NCBI RefSeq assembly: GCF_048593235.1 | Contig: NC_133618.1 | Span: 494,593,675 to 494,657,674 of the forward strand | Reading direction: 5' to 3' | DNA: 64,000 nt | Origin: Sminthopsis crassicaudata | Taxonomy: Eukaryota | Shown here: piece by piece, positions 29,422-43,128 of the stretch | How positions within the stretch are numbered: position 1 is the first letter of the stretch | Layout: the number at the start of each line of letters is the position of its first letter | Made by a program: the position numbers and the translations under genes | Notes under the pieces: generated by a model | Database searches by the model: none | Told to the model about the DNA's origin: nothing | What the model saw: the letters and a program-made list of their open reading frames with translations, nothing else

Positions 29422-32400
29422 TCAGGAGGTAGGGGCAACAGACTGAGATGGAGATGAAGTGGGCCCGTGGTCACCAGCCGGCTGGTTCTTTTCAATCACC
29501 TCGCGAAGGCCCTTGCTAAAGTGGAGATCAGCCCCAATGGTCAGGAATCCCTATGGTTCACAAGAGGAGAGAGGACTTAAAAAGAAGCCACCAAAGTTCC
29601 CTTTCTTCCCCAGCACTTCTGTGTACCCTTCACTCACTGCCTGGTTGGTCACCACCTCTTTGACAAAGTCGATTCCCTCAGGGAGTGGTATCTGCACTCC
29701 ACGTTTGGTTCGATCTGTAGCAAAGAAAAGCAGGACAACAGATTCTTGCTCGGATCCAAAGGATTAGAGCCTCAGTTGTTAGAGGAAGGCCCAGGCCTGC
29801 ACCACTCTCTTTGGGGATGGGCCTCTGGCCCAAGAGGTAAAGGCTGGATAGTGGAGCTCAGGGAAGCTGTGAAGTGATCCCTGTTTTGGAAGGTGCGCTG
29901 GGGAGCCTTTCCAGCTCCTAAAGAGTTTAAGGATGATGTAGAGGCTAGAGAGCAGCCTCTGTTCTTAGCTGGTCTCAGGAGGAGTGAATAAACCATTTCC
30001 TGGCTCTATGAACATGAGGCACTTACCTTTTCTGGGACTCCTGTGAAATGAGGAAGGTTTTCACTTAGTTCCTCCCTTACCAGTCTTCAGAAGTGGAGAC
30101 AATCATTTGATGCAGTAAAGGGCATTCCTATTCCGGGTGGGCTGGCCAGGATGACTTGGGCACCCTTCTAACTCTTCAGGCTCTGACTCTGGGACTTGCC
30201 CAGCCCAGGAGTCTCCCCAGTGTGCAGGCCCCCCATCCCAGCCTCCACCCTGAGAGATCGGCCTACCATTGAGCAGGGGCATGACTGCGATCTGGAGCAG
30301 CGTCTTCAGTGGAGCCTGCAGGGGAATCAGCTGGGAGGGGGAGAGAGGGGCACGTTAGGGAGGGGCTGTTGGGAGGCTTTTCTCCCCAGCTTCTTTCTCT
30401 GTCCCATCCAACTTCCCATTACTCACTGCCAAGGACTCTAAAGCAGACTGGTTTGAATAGATGCGAAACCTTTGGAAAAACGGAAGACAGTCTTGGGGCC
30501 TGCTTGGTGGGCCTGTGCTTCCTCCCAACCCCCAGCCCCTCACCTCTGCTACCTGCGTAAATCCATCTGCGCCTGAAGTACCTTCCCTCGAAGAGCCATT
30601 TTTGCACTGAGACGGGCATCCTAAAAGGAAAGGAGGGGGCAGTGACGTTTGTGATCGGGCCCCCTCCCCAATTAGCAGTTCTGCCCCTCGCCCTCTCCCG
30701 GGACCGAACCATGGTCATGCTGGAAAGTTGCACTTGGGGCAGGTCGGGGGGCGCCAGGGCGATGACGAGGCCGGCAGTGACGGAGATGGTGGTACCCGAA
30801 GGCTTAATGGTGCATCGCGGGGGGGCCAGGACCTGCAGCTCCAGCTTCAGAGGTGCGTTGATCACTGCCGGGCTCTTCAGAAAAAGAAGGGGACACGAGT
30901 TAGGAAGGATAACCATGAAGGAAAGAAGCACAGTGACGGGAAGCTAGGTATCGGACATTCGAATTCTGCTTGTTACCACTGCCTCTGAGACCTCAGACAA
31001 GACACCGGGTTTTCTGTCTGCATCCACAGGGACTTAGACTAAGTGACTGCTAAAGTCCCTTACAGCTCTAGTCCATGGATTCGTGACAGTCTCATAATGG
31101 ATTCTGATTGTTGCCCCGGCCCCAGGCCCCACAGAAATAATCATGGGCATCTTTAGAACCAGGAGCAGGCCAGCACATTTTGGACCTAGGTTACCAGTGA
31201 TGCTCACTACAAAACGTAACAGAAATCAGCCAGCAAGAAAGTTGCACTGACAAGATGCAGAACAGGACGCTGGATTGTAAACCTCCACAATCTTTCCCCC
31301 AGCCTGGCGCCCGAGCAGTTCCTTCTTTGCTGTCCTTGGATAAACCTATGCTAGTTATAATATCATTACCATACATTACTACCCCCAAGTGGAGTTTTCT
31401 GTATGCATTCTGGGTAACCCTGTGAGAGTGTAGGACCTTCCCATGTTAGCAGACTCATTCCCTAACCTCAAATTTTACATATCTTGGAATGTAATCAGCA
31501 CTACTTCCTTCATAAAAATCCTCCTTTTGCTTAGCTGGGCTGCTGACTGATATTGGGGAGCTTGATCCACTCACTGAATGTTTAAATCTCATTAAAATGC
31601 TTTTCCTTGGAGTGAACACTGAGCCTGAATTCTTTCAGAGGTTACACCACATCACATAGCTGATATTCAACATGCTGAAAGGATGAAAAAGAATCATGGC
31701 AGCCATGGGAGGACCACCAATCAACAAAGGCTAGCTCAGTGTCTGTTATTTGCTATCCAACCGGGGCATGTCATCACTACCAAAGCCTGTCTGTCAGTCA
31801 ACAAGCATTTACAAAGTACTTTCTAAGGGCCAGGCACCTTACTAAGTGCTGGGAATACAAAGAAATATGGTCCTTGCCCACCAGCAACTCACATTCTAAT
31901 ACAAGTAGGTACATACATGTGAGATATTTAGAAGAAAAGGTAGTGATGGGGGGAGGGGAAGCAAGGTCTCCTGCAGAAGGAGAGGTTTGACCTGAATCCT
32001 GAAGGGAGCCAGGGAAGACAGGACCTAGAAGTAAGGAGGGAATGTTGCAGAGGTGAGGGACAGGCAGGGCACAGAGAGTGGGGACTCAGGATGATTGTGC
32101 AAGGAACAGCAAGGGATGCTGGATCATGGAGGACTTGAGGAGGAGGGTTGTGCGATGAGACCAGAAAGGCAGGAAGAGGCCAGATGGTGTAGAAGCTTGA
32201 AGGCCAAACAGATGAACGGATCTCTCTGTCAGGATAGCAGCCCCGTAGCAAGGCCATTCAGAAGTGCCTGTGAATTCCACACTTTAGGAAGATCACTTTG
32301 GCCCCTGAGCGCGGGATGGATGGGGGTGATTCTTGTGCCAGGTCGTGGCTCTGTGCAGTAGGGCAAAGGCTTGTACACAAGAGGGGCAAGGGCAAAGGGG

Positions 32401-35400
32401 TCTATGGGTGAATACCACAGAAAAGTTGTGAGCCCAGGAGAACGGCACTGCTCTCAACAGAAAGGAAAGTTGCAAAGGAGGTGGGTTTTGGGGAAATGAC
32501 TGTGAGGTCTGTTCTGGATAGGCTGAACCAGACAATTAGTTGGAGATGTCCAAAAGGCAGCAGACCATTCAGGCCTGAACTTGGGAAGTGGTTAGGGCTG
32601 GATAATCAGGGAATCTTCTGCATGACAAGTGACCCATGGGGACAGAGATCACCAAGGGAGGCAGTAGGGAAGGAGAAGAGGTGATGGCCCAGTGCAGAGC
32701 CTTGAAGAACAAACCACTGTTAAAGACTGGGGAGAAGTGGGAGAAAGAGGAGGGAGCAATGTCACAGAAACTTCGGAAGGACAGAAGAGGGTGAGCAGTG
32801 GGGTCCCAAATTTCAGAAAGATCGAGGACAACGAAAAGAGATTGGGTGATGATGAAAACTTTGGTAACTCAAGGGAGCAGTTTCAGCTCAATGATGAGGT
32901 CAGAAACCAGACAGAACAGTTAAGAAGAGAGTGAAAGGAAAGGAGGTGGAGGTGCCTTGTGTAGACACCTGTGGCATTGTGGAAGTGACCTTTGGTTTTC
33001 CAGGTCAGGCCTCTCAAGAGGGAAAGGATCCTTATCTACTGCAGGGATAGGTTGTGTAACCAAGCTGACTAACTTCAGGGAGTCTTATCACCAGGGTTTT
33101 TGGTTTTTGCTCTCAACAATTCTTGAAGAGCATTTTCCAAGTTATAGAGGGGTCTCAATCTGCATGGACAGAGGAAGCACCCGCATTAAAATGACAGATC
33201 TTTGAAATATCTGTCTTGTGGCAAGGACCAAGAATACTTATGGGACCTCATAGATCATCTGATCCTCCCCTGTTATTGTATAAAGAAATTGGGGCCAGAG
33301 AAGTAAAATGACTTCCCTAAAGTCACACATTAAGTAATAGAGTCAGAACTTAAACTCAAGTTTTCTTATTCCAGATGTTGCACTCTTACTTCATCCATCT
33401 AGAGATAGGGCTCTGGGTTTCCTCTTGAGCCCCTCAACTGGAGCACACACTTCCCAGGGTAGGAGTATATACCTAAACTTCCATATGGAAGTATGTTGTT
33501 ATATCCATTCCCTTCTCAGAGTGAATTTTCCCTCCCTCACATACAGGCAATTCCATCCTCCCATGCCTCTCACCAACAAGATGATGCTTCCGAAGAAAGT
33601 GGCCCTCAGTACCATGTCCAAGTCTTTGGGCACCTGAGTCAAGAAAAGAAAGAGAGAGAGAGAGGAGGGGATAAACTTGTAAGTTAGACTTGAGAAGTCA
33701 AGTAGGCCAGTTCTCTACCTGTGAATTTTCTCAGTATCATCTTTATTTTTTAAATAATAGCTTTTTATTCTCAAAATATATGCAAAGATAGTCTTCAACA
33801 TTGACCCTTGCAAAACTTTGTGTTCCAAAGGCAAAACTTTGCATTCCAAATTTTTCTCCCTCCCTTCCCCTCCTTCCCCCTAGTCAGCAAGTAATCCAAT
33901 ATATGTTAACTATGTGCAATTCTTCTATTTCCACATTTATCATGCTGCATCTCTCCATCACAAGTCTATTGGAATTGGCCTGAATCACCTTATTATTGAA
34001 AAGAGCCCTATCTATCAGAGTTAGTCATCACATAATTTTGTTGTTGCTGTGTACAATATCATCCTTATTTTTGAACACTTCCAGTGACAGGGAGCTCGCC
34101 ACTTCACGAGGTGGAAAGAGTCTTCTATCTGATTCACTCCTTCACTCTGTGTCCTCCCACTCCCATGCTGACCCCAGCCTCTCGGTGGATCAAGTGCCAC
34201 ATCATCTCACCTTGTCTCCAACAAGCTCCAACCGAAGCACTCCAGCCCGAAAATAACTATCCATGGCAGAGTCAAAGAAGAACTCAGAAAAGGCCACATA
34301 GACCATTCTTTCCTCTTCCTGAAGCTGAGGCTCCACAGCCTGGTTAGGGAAGCTGGTGTTGGCCTCCGAGAGAGGGAAGAAGGCTCCCTAGAGACAGGAG
34401 CAGAAAGGTCTGAAGTCTCTGCCTGAGCATCTCAGAGAGGGATGTTTAGATAGGAGAACACTTGGATGGGGTTGAGAGTCAGGCTCGGCCCTGGACCCCA
34501 AGCTGGAAACTCACCCGGAAATCCATGTCCAGGTTGCTGGCTGAGGTCACTGGATCACTCAGGAGGGAATAGTCAATACCAACATGCTGGTCCACTGCAC
34601 TGCGCACTGTAGGGGAGGGAAGGTTTGTTTAGCACTTATTCAATCACCATCCAACTCAATGACTTTTAATGAGGCAGCCTATATAGAATTATGCTTCCTG
34701 GAGAAGGCTATACAGTGATCAGAAATGGCACTCGAAGTCTGAAGAGAAACGGTTTCTTTACCTAAGACTTGAGCTCTAGTCTGACCTCTTAAAAGTAAGT
34801 TTTTCATAACACTTGCACTAACTTGTTCAGTTGTTTTCAATCCTGTCCTCTGTCTGTAACACCATTTGCAGTTTTCTTGGCAGAGACACTGCAGTGTTTT
34901 GCCATTTCCTTCTCCAGCTTATTTTACAGATGAGGAAACTGAGGTAAACAGTTAAATGACTTGTCCAGGATCACACAGCCAGGAAGTGTCTGAGACTGGA
35001 TTTGAACTCAGAAGGACTCTAGGCCAGGGACTCTCTATTGTGCTACCTACCTGCCCTTGCACTGTCTACCTCTCTTCATATGAGACTGTGGTGATGAGTT
35101 TGCAGTCAGTCAGTGGTTCTGGGTCTGAATCTGCTGTCTGCCTCTGCTCTTTACTGCAGTGTTTGAGCCTATGCATATGATACCCCTCTTTAGTTTGTTT
35201 CCTTTTTATTTCATTTTATATTGGAGGTAGATGAGGCGATCAGAATTAAGTGACTTGCCCAGGGCCACATGGCTAGTAAGTGTCTGTAGCCCCATTTGAA
35301 CTCGGGCTGTTGCTCTGTCATCACTTTGCTACCCCTGGGCCTCAGTTTCCTAATCTATAAAAAGTAAAATCTGTAAAATGACTGGATGACTGAGGTAGAA

Positions 35401-38400
35401 AGGTGGGAATCCCTTCCAGCTCTAAATGCCAAGATCCTGTAACTGTGAAATGTCTTCTAGCTAGTGTGAGCTGCTATTCCATAAAAGAAGCCCATAATTA
35501 CTTTATTTAAAGCTCTTATTTCTACAGTACTTTACAATTTACAAAGTACTTTCCTTATGACAACATTCCATAAGAAGCAGAGCAAATACAAGGTACTGCT
35601 CATCTTCGAGAAAGAAAATCAAGCAACAGAAGCATTAAACTAGCTGTCCAGCATCACCCAGATAAGGGATGCACAGAGGCCAGTCCTCATTTCCTGGCTG
35701 TTCCTCAAGATTCCTTCCCCTCACCATCCTGACTCAAACTCCTGGTCAGCGGGTACTACGTCTTCGCCTTCCTACATATTAAGGGGCAGCAAGACCCACT
35801 GAAAGTAGCCAGGAACTCATATCAGCAAGTGCAAGGTTCAAATCTCTCCTCAGATGCTCACCAGGGTATGTGAGCATGGAAAAGTCATGAAAACTTTGAG
35901 TCTAGTTACTCCAACTATAAAATGGGAATTAAAAAAACAGCACCTACTTTACAGGATTGTTGTGAGGGTCAGTGAGTTAATGGACAGAGGCAGTGTGGTA
36001 TAATGTACAAAATGCTGTACTTAGAATCCAAGGGCTGTGGGTCGAATCCTGGATTAGTTATTATCTGAATGAACTTAGAACCTTAGATAAGCTGTTTAAT
36101 CCCTCTGGGTCTCAGTTCTTCCTCTACCAATTTAACCTCTCTGGGTCTCAATTCCTCCTCTGTCGAATGACGAGGTCAGATTAAATCTTAGTTTCCTTCT
36201 AGCCTGAAATCTATGAAAAATAAATGTACATGTATTACTCTCTCCCCCCAAAAATGTTTTACATGTATTGAGGAAAGTAAAAATAGAAAAATAAAATTAA
36301 AAAACATCATTTCCACTGAGGAGATCATATGTTTCTGATGTGGAAACATTTGCCACCAAAAACCAAAATAGAACAAAACAAAAAACTTATGAAAAAGAGT
36401 AAAGTATTTTGGAAACCCTGAAAAATTATGTAAATGTCAGCTATGATAGTTATTCTCTATAATATTATCTATACACAAGATTGTTATGAGGCTCACATAA
36501 GATAGTTCATGTTGAGCATTGCCTGAAAACTCCAGAGAGACAAGAGCTGTGCTGAATGCCTACTGAAAGGCAGACTAGGATAGGCCAGAGGAAAGGACAC
36601 CAGGATCTCAATCCCAAGGCCTTCACCTGGCCAGAGACCATTTCTGTCTAATGGGTGACAGTTTTTACTCAGGGAAAAGAAAATCTAGATTTGAGCCTTA
36701 AAATTTTGTGCCCTCTTTCCCAGAGCTATCAACAATGGGTAAGTTTTTATGAGGGGCAAGGCAGGTCCTGCTCACCAGCAAGTTGAGATAAGACAGTAAT
36801 AATAATTATAATTAGGGCAGCTAGGTGGTGCAGTGGTTAGAGCACTGGGCATGCAATCAGGAGCACTCATCTTCCTGAGTTCAAATCCAGCCTCAGATAC
36901 TTTTCTGTGTGATCCTGAGCAAGTGCCTTAACTCTGTTTGCCTGTTTCCTCATCTGTAAAATCAGTTGGAGAAGGAAATGTCAGACAATTCCAGTGTCTT
37001 TGCCAAAAGAACCCCAAATGAGTGACAAAGAGTCAGACAGGACTGAAAATGACCAAATAACAACAACAAATAACCATTACACATTTCTAGAGTTTACAAA
37101 AGCACTGGTTCCACATTTATCTTGTGGGTTAAGGAAAGTATCATTGTTTCTACTTTATCTATGAGGAAAAACTATGGCTCAGAAGAGTGACTTGCCCAAA
37201 GTGATAAAGCTGGTAAGTTCTGGCTGTAGCCAGGACCTGAGTCCTCCAGATTGCCTCATGCTTATTTGTTATGTATTCTGTATGTATTTATGTGCCTGCC
37301 TATTGTCTCTACCAATAAAATACACTTTTATTGAAGGTAGGGACAGTTTCATTTCTGTTTTTACATTTTTACCACCTGGCACAACACCTGCCTAGTTATT
37401 GTTCGGTCACGTCTGACTTCATGAACCCATTTGGGGTTTTCTTGAAGGCACTGGTGCTTTCCAGATCATCTTACAGGTGAGAAAACTGCTGCAAACAGAG
37501 CTAAGTGACTTGCTCAGGATCACAGCTAGTAAGAAGAGTCTTCCTGATTCCAAGCCCAATGCTCTATCCACTGCATCACCTGGCTGCCCCATAAAAAGTG
37601 ACTTACCCAGGGTCAATGACTGGTAAAGAGTAAGTAAAAGGGTAGAGTATTCACTCTTTCTCTCCCTACTCCTTCCTCTCTTTCCTGTTTATCTGCCTGT
37701 CATTTACTTATATATAAATGGATCACAGACATACACATATATTCAACTCCACCTTATAACAAAAAACCTGTTAAGCAAAGACATAGAACCACTGTATGTG
37801 CTGTATATAACATTCTGCACCCATGATCCTTCATGTCCCTCAAATGTTCACCTCACCCTACCATGCTTCCTCAGCTTGTGGAGTTTTGGAGATAACAATG
37901 AATTTGCTAAACTTCTGGAGAGACACTCCCAACTTTTGGGCTTCTCATTCCCCACAGACCTAATGGGAGTGGGTGGAAGAGGGGACCAGGAGAGAAGGCA
38001 AAAGTACTTGCATTCCAACCTTCTCTCGTTTCCGTGACTTACCTGGGACTGTGTCCAGAAGGGAATTGAGCAGGACCAGCCCTGCATGGTGTAGCACGGG
38101 ACAGATCTGAAGATCAAAATATGGGCATCAGCACCAGATCCCCCTCTGTGCATTTTCCCACATCACCCCCTCCTTCACACTCCTACCTGATCCAGCCAAC
38201 TCTCATGCTCCCACCCCCTTGCTATGCCCTGCTTCCTGGTCCCTCCAAGACCCTGCCCCTGACTCCCGCATCACCTGTTGGTTGAGAAGGAAGCGCATGC
38301 CTGAGATGATGAAAGTGGAGAGGAACTCATAGACCTTCCTGCAAGAAGGGAGGGAGTAGAGAACAGCCCATTAAACCATGTCCCAGCTTGGCCTTAGACC

Positions 38401-41400
38401 TAATAGGAGTAGAGGGGACTGACTAGGGGAGTCTGGAGTATGAGAAGGGATAAAGTTTGGTACCACAAGCAGGGACAAACCTGATGGGGGTGGGTAAAAG
38501 GCAGAGCTCAAGACACATTTCATCATTTCCCTCTCACCCTCAACATCTGTATTCCAATGGATACAGTGAAGAGGGGAAAAGAGATCAGCCTTGCAGGAGT
38601 GGAGAGGGGGAATCCTAGACAGCCTGGCATTCCAGGTCCTCCACAGCCTGGTCTGGACTTCTACCTCATCCTTGTCTCCCAGGGTTCCCCTTCACAGCAG
38701 AGTCGCTTCCCAACAAGGTCCTCCTTATCTTATCCCCGAACAGGCTGAATCCTATGCCTCTGCTACACTGCTCCCTCTCTGGAAATGCCCTCTTCCAAAT
38801 CCACCTGTCAGTCCTGGCTTCCAGGACCAATGTCAGCTCATCCAAGAAGCCTTCCTTGACCCCCACCCACCACTAAAAGTGATAGCTCCCTTTTCTGTAC
38901 TTTTGTGAAACTTCCCATCCTTAATGTATTCTACCTTGAATATGTCTTGTCCTTTACCCAATTCCATTAGATAGTAAACTCTATGGGGACAGGGAACGCG
39001 TCTCATTTATTTTCCATCAATGCCTAAGATGGAGCCAAGAGCACAGCAGACACTCAATGGCTTTTATTCTAGCCTAGTACTTTCTTCCCCACCCACAATA
39101 GGGCTAAACTGAATAAAGCCCCCTTACATCCAAGACCTGGAACAACTAACTATGCTGTGGGCTGAGGAATGACCGGACCCCTCTAGGAGCCTCCTCCCCC
39201 TCAGGATGAGGAATGAAAGTCCACATGAAGAATGTCAGCAGGAATGGGGCTCTGGAGCCAAGGAGAAGCCTCACTTGAAGGTCCCCCCAAAGGCAGCATG
39301 CATCTTGGAGACAGAGGCTCCACAGGAGACATTGGAAACTTTCATTCGACCACCAGGGTCTCTGGCCAACTGCAGGGCTGTATGGATGGACACACCTTCG
39401 GCCGAGGCATCCACATAGCCCCCGTCATAACTGCAGAAAGGAACACCCAGAAGGAAATCAGCATAGAGCACCTACTGTGTGTCGGGCACTTTACAAACAT
39501 TGTTTCAATAGATCCTCACAACAACCCTGGGAGGTAGGTGCTACTATAATTCTCATTAAGCAGTTGAAGAAACTAAGGCACACCGCCAGCAATGTCTAAA
39601 GCAAGATTTGAACTCGGGTTCTTCCTGACCCACTGCACCACTTGGCTGCCTTCAAGAGATAGGGTGCAAAGAAGAGGCTTAGACAAGCAAACCACCCCCA
39701 CCGTCCTGGTCCTCTGCCCATTCCATCCCTTCCCCCACCCCTCCTGGTCCCATCCCCGCCCTGCTCTCACAGGAACCAGTAGAGCAGCTGTCTGCGGAAG
39801 CTGAGGCTGATGGAGGCATTGCTGATGTACAGGATCAGATCATGGTTTGGCTGGAAGTACAGTTCTGACTGGACCAGCTGCAGTTTGGTCACCTTCACCC
39901 TAGAGGGACAGAGAGCATGGGATGCTCAGAGCCAGGCTGCCCCAGCCTTAGATCCCTGTTCAGAGCTAAGTTTCCTCAGGACAAAAACAGGATAGCTGGA
40001 ATGATCCCTAGTAACTTTGGAGTGGGTCAGCAGGTGGCTCTGTAGAGAGAGTACTGGCTCTGGAGACAGGAGGATTTGAGTCCTATCCAGCCTCAGACAC
40101 TTACTAACTGTATGACCCTGGACAAGTCACTTAACCCTATTTGCCTCATTTCCTTAACTGTAAAGAGAGCTGGAGGAGGAAATGGCAAGTCATTATAATG
40201 TCTTTGCCAAGAAAATCCCAAAATGGAGTCATGAAGAGTCGAACATGAGTGACTGACAAAACCATTTTAGATTCCTTTCCTTTTCCTGTAAGCGTTATAA
40301 GAGGAGGGCCACCTCACTGCTCATTCAACTTGATCTGAGAAGAAAGACAATACATGGCCTAGCTCTCCCAGGGAAGGTTCCTTGTTCTCCTGACTTCAGG
40401 GCCATGCTCTCTCCACCAAGCCATTTGGCTGCCCAACATATAGGATGTCAAAGTTGGATGGACCCTAGCTTGTTTTACAGGGAAAAACCTAAGGCATAGA
40501 ATCTCAAAATTGGAAAGGAACCCAGACATCCTCTAGTTCAACCCACCCCTGAGAAGGAATCCCTTCTACCACTTCCATGATAATTGATTATTCAGTCTCC
40601 ATTTGAATAAATAATAATAGCTAATATTTATGTGGTTCTTTAAAATATGTAAAGCACCTCACAAATATCTCATTTGATGAATTCCATTTAAGGGAAACTA
40701 CTATCTTCCCTAGCAACTCATTCCTCTTTTGGACAAATGGAAGGTTTTCCTTTCATCCAACAAAAATTAATCTTCCTGAATCTACCCCCTATTTGTTTCC
40801 CATTCTGTTTTCTGGAGTCAAACAGAAAAAATCTTTCCCATGAAAGCATACCTCAAAGATTTGAAGACAGTAATTGCTACCTTCTTTTAATCTTCTCCTC
40901 TCAAAAAAAACCCAAAACAAACAAACAAAAAACATTCCCAGTTTCTTTGCCTTGGGTGACAACTTATCCAAGTTTATCCACTGAGTTAATGACAGAAATG
41001 TGACCCAAACTTATTGTTTGAATTAATATGACTCAAATTAAACTTTTTTTTTCCCCCCCTGAGGCTGGGGTTAAGTGACTTGCCCAGGATCACACAGCCA
41101 GGAAGTGTTAAGTGTCTACGACCAGATTTGAACTCGGGTCCTCCTGAATTCAGGGCTCTATCCACTTCACCACCTAGCTGCCCCCTCCTAAACTCTTTCT
41201 ATTCCTTCCATGACTTAACCTCAGAACCTTTTCCTGACCCAGCCTTGGGAGGATGTAGAAAGTGAGTTCAAAGGTGTTACTTCCTTATATGAAACCATTA
41301 TTTGAGATGAGGAAGTATGTCCAGGATTCCTTGTAGGTAGGATTCTGTTACAGGCAATGCTGTAAGGTGAAAACTGTACTGGCCTAGTAGTCAAGAGGCT

Positions 41401-43128
41401 TGGATTAGAGTCCTAGCTCTGCTACTACTCAGCTGTGTGACTGAATAAATCACATCCCCCTCTCCTGTTTGGAAGTGGGGGGAGGCTGTGGATTCAATTT
41501 CTCTGCTCTGAACATTTTTTCTGATTGTCTCCCATGCTTGAAATAATCTCCCTCTTAAATTCTTCTTACTGCCTTCCTTGGTTTCTTTTAAATCCCAACT
41601 AAAATCCTTTTACAAGAAGTCTTCCCCAATCCCTCATAATTCCAGTACCTTCCCTCTGTTAATTATTTTCTATTTATCCTGTATATATCTAGCCTCTATA
41701 TTCTTGATTGCTTATTGTCTCTCTCACTAGATCACAAGTTCCTAGATGATTTTTGCTGCTTTTTTGTATCGTAAGCACTTAGTACAGTGTCTAGTGCATG
41801 GTAGGTGCTTAATAAGTGTTATTTATTAGACTTGATCAGTTCTTAACCTTTTTTAGGTCATAGATCTTTTTAGCAGTCTGGCGAAGCCTCTAGATCCTTT
41901 CTCAGAATGATGTTTTTTAAATGGGTGAGCAAGCATATACATAAATTGACACATACAAGATAAATACAGAATAGAGGAAAGATAACCTCAGAAGGGATGC
42001 AACTCCTTAGCTGGGAGGTTCTAAAATGTCTTCTGCAGTTGGTGGTCTCAAATGGAGCCAGAGATTATAAAAGGGGGAGATTAGGATTTGAGAACATTCC
42101 AGGGAGGAGGAACAGATGCAAAGGCAATGAAATGGGAGATAGAAAAACCTTCCTGTGTAATTTCTCAGTCCCAAATGCTAATATCTCCTATACAAATTAC
42201 TTTGCATATTTTATTTATTTCTTTATTTTTTGCATCTGAAGGCACACTGAAGGCAGTGTGCCCTTCCCAAGAGAGTATAGGGTCATTCCAGGATTAGCAC
42301 TCTGCCTGTCACATAGTAGGCACTTGCTTATGGAATGCTTGTGGATTGCTAAGTGATCTCCAAAAGTTCCTTCCACCTCTAAATCTCACAAGCTTATAAA
42401 GCTACAAACACTGACTTACTAGACCTCTGGCAAAGATGGGCTGCCAAAGTTGAGAAACACTGTGGCACAAAAACCTCTCTGGGCCTCAAGTTTCTCATCT
42501 ATAAAATGAGACAGTTAAACTAAAGGGCTTCTAAGGTCTTTTCCAGCTCTATACTTGTATGTTAATGGACTATGTCCAAGTAAAGAAATTCTGCCTTGAA
42601 TTCAGACATAGCTCAGACATGGCACAGTCCCATTCCCCACTGCACCCCACTCCCAGATTTTTAGTCTGAGCTCCCCAAATCCCAGGCCCCACTCACTCAG
42701 AGATGTTGTAAGAGAATGGGCCCTCACTGCCCCGAAGGTCTGGGATGGTAATGGTTTCTAGCTCCTGCTCCAAGAACTTCAGTCCTTCTTGCTTTACTGA
42801 GACAGTAAGACCCTTCCTTAGAACTGGTAAGTTTCCACCAAGTATTCTCCCTCCTCTTTTCCCCCTCCCCCCATTCATCCTCCCACCTTCACAAAGCACA
42901 GGCTTTTTTTGTGGGAAGGAAAGGAGAAGTGACCCCAGGGCTTTCTCCTGAACAGAGAATTTCTCATTTCCCAACTCCCCCACAGCCCAGGAGCCAAAGA
43001 AAAGCTGGCTCCTGTCTCATATTCTTACCCAGCTCCAGGGCTTTGGAAGTCACCCGGATCTTGCACCCTGGAGTCTCAGCATAAGTGACTGCTACAAGTG
43101 CTAGGAAGAGGGCCCAGAGGAGAGTCAT
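29422..43128 (-). CDS. PLTP: Phospholipid transfer protein (BPI/LBP/CETP family), 495 aa; coding exons 43128-43029, 42796-42697, 39899-39771, 39430-39275, 38338-38275, 38106-38043, 34606-34515, 34387-34211, 33633-33574, 30874-30710, 30620-30553, 30469-30427, 30330-30267, 29714-29638, 29550-29422
   Basis: Signal peptide MTLLWALFLALVAVTYAETPGCKIRVTSKALEL; VKQEGLKFLEQELETITIPDL; ERMVYVAFSEFFFDSAM; GFLTIGADLHF. Exon sizes 100/100/129/156/64/64/92/177/60/165/68/43/64/77/129, GT-AG throughout, 1488 nt in frame. Confidence 0.97.
31790..33030 (-). mobile_element. Ancient LINE-2-like fragment(s) in a PLTP intron
   Basis: AACAAGCATTTACAAAGTACTTTC...AGGCAC L2 3' tail pattern followed by purine-rich degenerate L2-type sequence; recognised by pattern only. 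Confidence 0.5.
33745..34080 (-). mobile_element. Marsupial L1 3' UTR fragment
   Basis: TTTTTAAATAATAGCTTTTTATTCTCAAAATATATGC...GTGTTCCAAA...CAAGTAATCCAATATATG, the reverse complement of L1 3' ends elsewhere in the window. Confidence 0.75.
34810..35055 (-). mobile_element. CORE-SINE with RTE tail (MAR1-like)
   Basis: TTTCTTGGCAGAGACACTGCAGTG...GCCATTTCCTTCTCCAGCTTATTTTACAGATGAGGAAACTGAGG...GGATTTGAACTCAG. Confidence 0.7.
36815..37065 (+). mobile_element. CORE-SINE with RTE tail (MAR1-like)
   Basis: GGGCAGCTAGGTGGTGCAGTGG...GAGTTCAAATCCAGCCTCAGA...GAGAAGGAAATG...CCAGTGTCTTTGCC...CAACAACAA. Confidence 0.8.
37395..37590 (-). mobile_element. CORE-SINE with RTE tail
   Basis: GTCTGACTTCATGAACCCATTTGGGG...TATCCACTGCATCACCTGGCTGCCCC. 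Confidence 0.7.
40030..40260 (+). mobile_element. CORE-SINE with RTE tail
   Basis: CAGCAGGTGGCTC...CCAGCCTCAGACACTTACT...GAGGAAATGGCAA...GTCATGAAGAGTC. Confidence 0.7.
41044..41185 (-). mobile_element. WSINE1 with G7-A9 mixed tail
   Basis: TTTTTTTTTCCCCCCCTGAGGCTGGGGTTAAGTGACTTGCCCAGG...CACCTAGCTGCCCC. Confidence 0.85.

Noticed and set aside
30419-30947. 170-aa minus-strand ORF and antisense ORFs
   Set aside because: PLTP exon 11 with in-frame intron read-through; splice sites at 30874 and 30710 explain it.
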